In this document: positions 1 through 7,538 of the stretch, in pieces
Position numbering within the stretch: the stretch's first letter is position 1
How the letters are laid out: every line of letters starts with the position of its first letter
Assembly (NCBI RefSeq): GCF_006345805.1
Contig: NW_021827665.1
Span: forward strand, 1 to 9,987
Length of the DNA: 9,987 bases
Reading direction: 5' to 3'
DNA from: Octopus sinensis
Taxonomy: Eukaryota
The notes under the pieces: model-generated
What the model was told of the DNA's origin: nothing
Seen by the model: the letters and a program-made list of their open reading frames with translations, nothing else
Database searches by the model: none
Translations under genes and position numbers: made by a program

Positions 1-9
1 CATACTTTA

Positions 10-282
10 TGTTGTGTGTGTATATATATAATAAATATAAATGTGTGTTTGTGGTGTGTGACAGAAGCTTATGTATATATATATATATATATATATTTTA
101 TGTATGTATAAGAGTGTGTATATATATATATAGATATACATCCATACATTATCATGCAGTTCTAATATTTTTTCACACTCTTTCCTCTTTGCCTTTCATC
201 ATTCGTCTCTCACTTGCTTGTGTTTCAACGCGGGTGAGTGAACGTGTCATTGCGTGTGTGGCATGCGTGCATAATATATATA

Positions 283-340
<58 letters not shown>

Positions 341-425
341 CATACATACACACACACACGTATATTTGATATATATGCATGCATACGTAATCGTGTGAGT
401 GTTTGTGTCTGTGTATAAATGCATG
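10..425. repeat. Mosaic (AT)n/(GT)n/(AC)n microsatellite region with a nearly pure (TA)n run at ~286-334
   Basis: Directly visible alternating dinucleotide runs, interrupted by a short more complex stretch (~150-265). The overlapping IYIY/HTHT ORFs are its translations. Confidence 0.95.
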
Positions 426-753
426 ATGTCTGTATCTGTGTGTATAAAATTAGTCTACGCAAATGTGACAACCAAAATTTGTGCTTTCGTGTGACAGTTC
501 ACCGTCAACAAATTCGTTAAAGTTATACGTCGTCGGTGTTTTGTTATGTATATTGTTTATCGCAGCATCAAATCATAAATTGATGTTTTTAATTATACAT
601 TACAAAGACGATAAGATTAAACATTCTTACTAACAAGACAACGCATGCATGTAAAGAGAACGCGCTATAAATTACCAATGTAATTATAATGTGACTGTAA
701 AATTTATAAAACAGCTACAACACACTCTCGTATGTTCACCATGCATTTACAGG

Positions 754-836
<83 letters not shown>

Positions 837-841
837 ATCTG

Positions 842-931
<90 letters not shown>
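754..931. repeat. (TATC)n tetranucleotide microsatellite, ~44 units, one interruption near 835-843
   Basis: Direct reading. It explains the YLSI repeats in ORFs 691..1167 and 732..950. Confidence 0.98.
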
Positions 932-942
932 CACACACACAC

Positions 943-1278
943 ATGACTGAGACCCCCCCTTCGGTCACGACACTGACCATGGGATTGCACCTAGAAAGTT
1001 ACCCTCCCAGGCACAAGTTCGGGCTAGGTTGTTTATGGAAGACCAGCAGTCGCCCATGCATACCAGCCTCTCCTCTCCACACTACTGATGTTATCCAAGG
1101 GAATGGCAAGGGGGAACGATACAGCTTGGCACCTGTGACGTCGCAACTCGTTTCTACAGCTGAGTAAACTGGAGCAACGTGAAATAAAGTGTCTTGCTCA
1201 AGAACACAACACGTAGCCCGGTCCGGGATTCGAGCTCACAACCTCACGATCGTAAGCTCGACTCTCTAACCACTGAGC
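943..1278 (-). mobile_element. tRNA-derived CORE-type SINE, near full length, first ~10 nt of the head missing
   Basis: The minus strand reads GCTCAGTGGTTAGAGAGTCGAGCTTACGATCGTGAGGTTGTGAGCTCGAATCCCGGACCGGGC, a tRNA-like head with A box and B box GAGCTCGAATCCC (1225-1237). It continues TGTTGTGTTCTTGAGCAAGACACTTTATTTCACGTTGCTCCAGTTTACTCAGCTGTAGAAA, which aligns by eye to the MIR CORE domain (TGTGACCTTGGGCAAGTCACTT...CTCAGTTTCCTCATCTGTAAAA). A small stem-loop GGTCA-6nt-TGACC (963-978) lies near the 3' end. It matches an abundant octopus SINE as I recall it. Confidence 0.9.
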
Positions 1279-1390
1279 ACACACACATATACACATACAT
1301 ACATGTACGTACACACAGACAGACAGACTGATAGATAAATAGGTAGAGAGAGAGAGGGAGGGAGAGAGAGAGGGAGGGAGAGAGGAGAGG

Positions 1391-1428
<38 letters not shown>

Positions 1429-1441
1429 GGAGTGTGTGTGT
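1279..1441. repeat. Compound microsatellite (CA)n-(ACAT)n-(AGAC/AGAT)n-(GA)n with GGGA motifs
   Basis: Direct reading; polypurine tract ~1345-1426. Confidence 0.93.
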
Positions 1442-1723
1442 CAGACAAATGCGATTAATAAGTACATAACTTTCTCAAAGTGGAATAAGTAATTTCGCAA
1501 GAGAGAGCGAAACGTCAGGGTTTTCTTCTGCCTCGGTACAAAATGATTTATTCCACTTCATGAAAATGTGAAATATCTTCGTATGAAGGACTCACATTTG
1601 AGTGAGAGTGAGAGTGTACGTCAACACTTGACATCCATTTGTAGGTTAGAAGGAAAGGAAAGGGTTGGGGGGTCTTTCTTTAATTTGTTTTTTGAAGCAG
1701 CCATCATCCGCAGGGGACCAATC

Positions 1724-2471
1724 AAATGTGGGATTCTAACGAAATGTAGGATAGCAGACAGATGTTGGGTAATAGACAAAAGTGACGTAACATGCAAATA
1801 TGGGATAGCAGTGTAGAATACTGGCCAATTGTGGGGTAACAAACAAATGTGGGATAATAGACAAATATGGGAAAGTAGACAGATATGAGATAAAAGGAAA
1901 ATATAGGACACTAGCGAAATTTGGGATACCAGACAGTATGAGATAACAGAAATATTAGATATCAAGTGTAGGATAACAGACTAGAATGGGATAAGAGACA
2001 AATGTGGGATAACAGAGACAAATGTGGGATAATAACGAAATATGGGCTGGATAACAGTCAAATGTAGGTATAAAAGCCAAATGTGGGTATAACAGCCAAA
2101 TGTGGGGTAACAAACAAATATGGAATAACAGCTAAATGTGGGATAACTGCCAAATGTAGGATAACAGCCAAATGTAGGTATAACAGAGACAAACGTGGTA
2201 TAACAACCAAATATGGGATAACAGCCAAATGTGGGATGGATAACTGTAAAATGTGGGATAAGAGCCAAATGTAGGAATAAAAGCTAAATGTGAGTTAGAA
2301 GAGCCAAATCTGGAATAGCGGTCAAATGTGGGCTAACAACCAAATGAAGGTATAACAGCCACATGTGGGATAATAACCAAAATGTGAGTATAACAGCCAA
2401 ATATGGGATAACAGCCAAATGTAAGTATAACAGTCAAATGTGGGATAACAGCTAAATACGGGATAGCTGAG
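1724..2471. repeat. Degenerate 18-bp minisatellite, consensus AAATGTGGGATAACAGCC, ~41 units
   Basis: I parsed the units by hand from AAATGTGGGATTCTAACG (1724) to AAATACGGGATAGCTGAG (2454). Most are 18 bp, with 19-22 bp and shorter variants. It explains the KCGITA ORF (2083..2274) and the CYPTFG ORF (1981..2268). Confidence 0.95.
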
Positions 2472-2524
2472 AGACGACCGCAGTACAATAATTCTCAGAT
2501 AATGAACGAACCTCCGTACTTATA

Positions 2525-3045
2525 CCATAAATATTTTGACCGCTACCAGTGTTACCATCACCGCCTTCGCTGCCACCATCATCGCTGTCACTAGAGCTCT
2601 CATTATCACTGCCACCACAACCAACTCTACTATCCCATGCACCACTGTTGCTACCGCCAATACCACACCACCAGCACTAACAACAACATCAACAACACTG
2701 CTCCAATCAGTATCAAAAACACTGCTTCCTAACACTACCACTACACAGTCACCACAATACTACTACCACGACCACGACCACCACCATCACCACCGCCACC
2801 ACCACCTGCTGCTGCTGCTACTGCTGCAACTGCTGCTGCTACCGAAACCTTCATCACCACCAGCATCACATAATCATATTCACACTAATAACTCTTTCAC
2901 GTTCAATGTCTCTACCGCCACCATCACCACCACCACCGCCACAACCAACACACAACTACCTCCGCCCCCGCTACCGACACCACCACCATCACCACCACCA
3001 CCACCACCACCACCACCGCCACCACCACTACCACCACCACCAGCA
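2525..3045. repeat. (CAC/ACC)-rich cryptic trinucleotide low-complexity tract with a (CTG) patch at ~2806-2840
   Basis: Direct reading. It gives Thr/His/Pro runs on the plus strand and Val/Gly runs on the minus strand in all frames. Confidence 0.92.
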
Positions 3046-3291
3046 GAAATCTGTATGCTATGCACTCTGTAGCATTGGTGTACCGTAGCCAATATATATT
3101 GGAGACATTTATTCCAAGCCATCTGCACCGAATGACCCACTTCCCTCCTTCCCTCCCTCTCTTCTTCCTGCTCCCCAAACACACACCAATATATATATAT
3201 ATATGTATTGCACTTTATGTCTCTGCTATTGTGGATTGTAAGAACGGTGTTTAGCTACTGTGTTGCTGTTAATGGGACGGATGCCTTTTAA

Positions 3292-3324
3292 TGAGGAGAG
3301 ATGGGAGAGAGAAAGAGAGAGAGG

Positions 3325-3361
<37 letters not shown>

Positions 3362-3424
3362 GATGAGAGAAAGAAAGATAGATTAGAAAGGTAGATAGAT
3401 AAATAGATAGAGAGACAGATAGAC
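3292..3424. repeat. (GA)n polypurine tract grading into (AGAT)n
   Basis: Direct reading. Confidence 0.93.
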
Positions 3425-3452
3425 GGGTATGCAACAATATAAATATATACTA

Positions 3453-3584
3453 ACCCCTGCCGGAACGTCGTGGAGCTTTTGTGTTTTCGCTCAATAAACA
3501 CTCTCAACGCCCGGTTTGGGAATCGAAACTGCGATCCTACGACTGCGAGTCAGCTGCCCTAAACACTGGGCCATTGCGCCTCCA
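3453..3584 (-). mobile_element. tRNA-derived SINE of a second family, 3'-truncated (head plus ~55 nt of body)
   Basis: The minus strand reads TGGAGGCGCAATGGCCCAGTGTTTAGGGCAGCTGACTCGCAGTCGTAGGATCGCAGTTTCGATTCCCAAACCGGGCG, with A box TGGCCCAGTGTTTAGG (3558-3573) and B box AGTTTCGATTCCC (3518-3530). It continues TTGAGAGTGTTTATTGAGCGAAAACACAAAAGCTCCACGACGTTCCGGCAGGGG. I recall this as the 5' part of a longer octopus SINE; the rest is absent here. Confidence 0.85.
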
Positions 3585-3585
3585 C

Positions 3586-4300
3586 TGTACTCATCTCCAC
3601 CACCACCAATTTACTCATCTCCACCACTATACTCATTTCCACCACCATCACCACCACCACCACCACCACCACTACCACAGGTACCAGAACTAGAAGCGTC
3701 ATTACCACCATACCACAAAAGCCACTACCAACACTACGCCCACAACCACAAGCATTACGAACAAAACAAAAACCATCACCACCACTACCACCACCACCAC
3801 TACCACCACTACCACTACCACCACTACTACCACTACCACCACTACCACCACTACAACAACTACCACCGTCACTACCTCCACCATCACAGCCATCACCATC
3901 ACCATCACTTCTATCACCACCACTACCACCATCACCACTACCACCACTACAACTACCACCACCGTCACTACCTCTACCATCACAGCCATCACCATCAGCA
4001 CCATCACCATCACTTCTATCACCACCACTACCACCATCACTACTACTACCACCACCACTACCACCACCGTCACTACCTCCACCATCACAGCCATCACCAT
4101 TAGCACCATCACCATCACTTCTATCACCACCACTACCACTACCACGAAAACCACTACCATCACTACCACCACCACCAACACCACCACCACCGCTAACAGT
4201 AATATTACTGCCATCCCCACAACCTCCTTCGCCACAACCACCTTCGCCACAGCCACCGTCGCCACTACCACTACCACTACCACCTCCACTACAGCAGCGA
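3586..4300. repeat. (CAC/TAC/CAT) trinucleotide tract with an internal ~105-bp higher-order triplication (3865-4143)
   Basis: Marker ACCGTCACTACCTC occurs at 3865, 3961 and 4066; marker CACTTCTATCAC occurs at 3906, 4011 and 4116. Confidence 0.93.
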
Positions 4301-4414
4301 ACTGGTCTGAAAAGTGTTGATAGATGTCAAGCAGTGTGATGGTGACACTGTTGGCAACTACCATTGGCATCGCTAATAAATGGTGCTCATTAAATATATA
4401 GCAACCCGTTCAAC

Positions 4415-4574
4415 TATGTATGTGTGTGTGTATGTGTGTGTGTACATACATGCATACATACACACACACACACATATATATATATACACAAACATACATA
4501 TGCCTGAGTATATATCGTACATATATATGCACACACATATATATGCATAGATACGTGTATACACACACACACAC

Positions 4575-4625
<51 letters not shown>

Positions 4626-4649
4626 GATACATATATATATATGTGTGTG

Positions 4650-4680
<31 letters not shown>

Positions 4681-4712
4681 AAATACATACATATATATAT
4701 ATATATATGTAA

Positions 4713-4757
<45 letters not shown>

Positions 4758-4860
4758 TATAGTTATATATGTGCACACAGATATGTCCTTGCGTGTGTGT
4801 GTGTGTGTGTGTGTGTGTTTGCACTTACGCATACATAAACATACATTCCTTTATGTGTAT
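4415..4860. repeat. Mosaic (TG)n/(CA)n/(TA)n microsatellite
   Basis: Direct reading. Confidence 0.96.
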
Positions 4861-4933
4861 CGATGTATGAGTGAATATGAAATGGTGCGCACTCTTGTTC
4901 GCCGAGACACAAATAGAAAAATACAGACACACA

Positions 4934-5451
4934 CGAGGAGTAACCAAAAAACATTTTCTGTGAGACATGCCCGTTGTAGTTCAGGCTTCCACCGCTAGAA
5001 GCCACTTGATGTGACCTTCAGGCATCAGTGTGCTGACCAGCGCCGTCAAGTGGAGTCCTACTGCCACATGGTGCGTCTTTGCTTTGCAGTGATTCTTCAC
5101 GGATTTTTGCGATGGCCGAAACGTAAGAACCGCGTGCCTCCATGAAGTTCTGTTTTCTCCTAGGGTAAACAGCGGCTGAAACAGTTGTCATGCTTCAAAT
5201 AGCTTAGAACGACGCTGCCATGAGCAAAACACAAGTTTAAGAGTGGTTCTCACGCTTTAGGAACGGTCTCTTGGCGCTGGAAGACTAGCCTCATTCAGGG
5301 CGACCGAACGAATGAAAACATCACGAAAACTCATGAACTGATCTTGGAAGACCGTCACCGAACAAATGACGAACTCGTTGATATGACTGGTGCGTCCTGG
5401 ATCTCATGTCAACGAATTTTGAACGAGGAATTTCGAATGAAAACAGTTGCA
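4934..5451 (+). mobile_element. Mariner (Tc1/mariner) DNA transposon fossil, 5' portion only
   Basis: It begins CGAGGAGTAACCAAAAAA, similar to the CGAGGG... TIR start I recall for Hsmar2/irritans-type mariners. It is preceded by CA where a TA TSD is expected, and followed by ~180 nt of 5' UTR and then transposase homology. I see no 3' TIR and no DD34D domain. Confidence 0.88.
5112..5451 (+). pseudogene. Mariner transposase N-terminal (paired HTH DNA-binding) pseudogene
   Basis: Frame from 5112: MAET*EPRASMKFCFLLG*TAAETVVMLQIA*NDAAMSKTQV*EWFSRFRNGLLALED*PHSGRP. After a frameshift at 5307, the frame from 5308 reads TNENITKTHELILEDRHRTNDELVDMTGASWISCQRILNEEFRMKTVA. These match the hallmark mariner motifs EQRxxIKFCxxLGKTAxET, VYEWFxRFxxG, EDxxRSGRP and ILxEELxM. 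Homology stops just before the WVPHEL-type linker. The ORF track missed it because of the stops. Confidence 0.92.
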
Positions 5452-5504
5452 CTACCGTTGAATGAGCTACAAATGAGCTATAAATGAGATATATAACTAC
5501 ATTT

Positions 5505-5722
5505 ATAGTTATGCATATAATATATATATGTAAATACACACATACATATAATATATATAATATATATATATGTATATGCATATATATATATATGTGGTGT
5601 ATGTATATTAACAAAGTGAAAGAGAGAGTAGGAGGCAGCCTGAGAGAGATGGGGAGAGAGTGAGTGAGTGAGAGAGAGAGAGAGAAAGAGAGAGAGAGGG
5701 AGAGGGAGAGAGAGAGAGAGAA
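5505..5722. repeat. (TA)n/(AC)n microsatellite followed by a (GA)n polypurine tract (~5640-5722)
   Basis: Direct reading. Confidence 0.93.
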
Positions 5723-6182
5723 TGGTATTAAGAGAGAACAACTGCTCAATTTCCAGAACTCGTGTCAATCTGCCGACCGCTATTTGTGTGTTAATCACTC
5801 GAATAAATCTCAGCACGATTAACATGGAACACACACGGTCTATTATCGTACAAGTAATTATATAATATATGTATAGAGTTGCTTTATTTATCATTGTCCG
5901 GTCATTAAATTTGTACATTCATTTGCGTAAAGGAAGATTTAGCTCTTAAAACCTTGTTTAGAATTTCTGTGAGTAGAAATTGTTACTAAGGTGCTACGGT
6001 AGGTGAAGATCTGTGTAAGCATGGTTGAACAGCTCCAGTAATCTTGAATGATTGAGCTAAACGATTCTAGATGAGCCAGTAATAACGGATTAAGGTAGAC
6101 AGATGGAACGTCCTTTGAATCTGCCGAAGTCATTATGTCTTATGCTATAATTTCGGTTGGTAATTCCATAGCCTGACTGCAC

Positions 6183-6252
6183 AGGGATCGATGTCGAATC
6201 GACTTAACCCACTTCCCCGAAATTGCTGGCCTTGTGCCAAAATTTGAAATCA
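6183..6252 (+). mobile_element. 3' fragment of a SINE related to the element at 6485-6694 (different tail variant)
   Basis: GGATCGATGTCGAATCGACTTAACCCACTTCCCCGAAATTGCTGGCCTTGTGCCAAAATTTGAAA aligns by eye to the reverse complement of ~6488-6553 (GGAGTCGATCTAATCGACTGGCTCCTTCCCCAAAAATTTCAGGCATTGTGCCTAGAGTAGAGAAA), roughly 70% identical. Confidence 0.78.
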
Positions 6253-6284
6253 GTTTCAAAGCTTGATTGAATGAGTGGAATATC

Positions 6285-6398
6285 ACTGTGTGTAGATGTA
6301 TATATGCATATGTGTATGTATGCACGTGTATGCATGTGTATGTGCGTGCATGTGTGTGCTTGCGTGTGTTTGTGTGTGTTTGTGTATATCTACATATA
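6285..6398. repeat. (TG)n/(TA)n/(TGCA)-type microsatellite
   Basis: Direct reading. Confidence 0.9.
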
Positions 6399-6484
6399 AG
6401 TCGGCAGATGATGCAGTGACCCAAGGGTCATAACTATATACGGTGTACATTAAACAATATTTATCTCTCAACAAGGTAATTTAT

Positions 6485-6694
6485 TTGTTTCTCTACTCTA
6501 GGCACAATGCCTGAAATTTTTGGGGAAGGAGCCAGTCGATTAGATCGACTCCAATACGCAATTGGTACTTAATTTATCGACCCCGAGAGGATGAAAGGTA
6601 AAGTCGACCTCGGCGGAATTTGAACTCAGAATGTAAAGACAGATGAAATACCGCTAAGCATTTCGCCTGGCCTGCTAAAGTTCCTGTCAGTTCG
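6485..6694 (-). mobile_element. tRNA-derived SINE with a Deu/Nin-like central domain, near full length
   Basis: The minus strand has a degraded A-box region (CGAACTGACAGGAACTTTAGC) and B box GAGTTCAAATTCC (6615-6627). It then reads GCCGAGGTCGACTTTACCTTTCATCCTCTCGGGGTCGATAAATTAAGTACCAATTG, matching the Deu/Nin domain core (GGTCGACTCAGCCTTTCATCCTTCCGAGGTCGATAAAATGAGTACC) from recall. It ends in a GGCATTGTGCCTAGAGTAGAGAAAC tail. Confidence 0.9.
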
Positions 6695-6713
6695 ATAGAT
6701 AGAGAGATAGATG

Positions 6714-6778
<65 letters not shown>

Positions 6779-6808
6779 GTAGGTAGGTAGGTGGATAGAT
6801 AGATAGAT
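6694..6808. repeat. (GATA)n with an internal (GGTA)n sub-block
   Basis: Direct reading. Confidence 0.97.
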
Positions 6809-7059
6809 ATTCTTGTGTGTATTATATAAAGATAGATAATACTTACCTAACACTCAAGCAATAACAACAACAACAAAAAGAAGCTAAGAGTAACATTCAA
6901 CAATTAACATGGAAAATTGACGCTTTGAACTGTCGTCCTTTGTCAAACAAAAATGTAGAAGGAAAGTGAAAAATAGACGAAGGCGGGAGTTGTTTTTAAC
7001 AAAGAAGATTAGAGAGAAAGGCACGTCAGAGTTCGTAACAGAAAGTGGCTTTACTTAGA

Positions 7060-7291
7060 TAACGTGTGTGTGTGCATGTACGTGCACGCTCGCTCGCACG
7101 TGCGTTTGTGCAAGAAAGAATAAGGTGTTCGGAAAATGCAAAGTATGAACATGTGTTTTGATGAGTTACTGCTCGGATACATACACACACACCACACGCG
7201 CATATACATATGCACATACATAAAAACATACATATATAATGACACATACGTACATATAAGCAGACATATATGTATTTCTCTCCTCTCCCTC

Positions 7292-7339
<48 letters not shown>

Positions 7340-7497
7340 GTGTGTACATACATACATACCACACACACACATATATATATATATATTATATATATATATA
7401 TATATATATTAGTTTCAGTCATATAGTATATAATAAATATCATATACATCGTACATATACACACACGTACATATAGCGTATGTATATATATATATAG

Positions 7498-7538
<41 letters not shown>

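Noticed and set aside
1508-1520. CGAAACGTCAGGG, resembling the 3' half of a Penelope-type minimal hammerhead ribozyme
   Set aside because: The required upstream CUGANGA core and a matching stem I strand are absent, and I found no CTGANGA paired with it on either strand. At most it is a remnant.
1724-2471. Possible CRISPR array
   Set aside because: The units are head-to-tail with no unique spacers, there are no cas genes, and the context is eukaryotic.
3055-3102. 14-bp palindrome CCAATATATATTGG (3089-3102) and 6-bp stem ATGCTA/TAGCAT
   Set aside because: Both are short and largely AT-alternating, as expected by chance in this composition.
3576-3680. Extensin-like peptide PPLYSSPPPPIYSSPPLYSFPPPSPPPP
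   Set aside because: It comes from a short TACTCATCTCCACCA triplication inside a CAC tract next to a SINE. There is no signal peptide, and the context is animal repeats.
5668-5865. ORF MRERER...TRVNLPTAICVLITRINLSTINMEHTRSIIVQVII as a possible exon
   Set aside because: It starts within (GA)n, the splice signals are weak, and the peptide has no recognisable features.
5954-5974. Plus-strand TTGTTTAG acceptor and strong GTGAGT donor
   Set aside because: They would define a 7-nt exon, and longer alternatives hit stops. Such motifs occur by chance.
1212-6694. tRNA genes at 1212-1278, 3507-3584 and 6612-6694
   Set aside because: The A/B boxes are present but the cloverleaves are incomplete or mispaired, and each continues into a SINE body. 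They are SINE heads.
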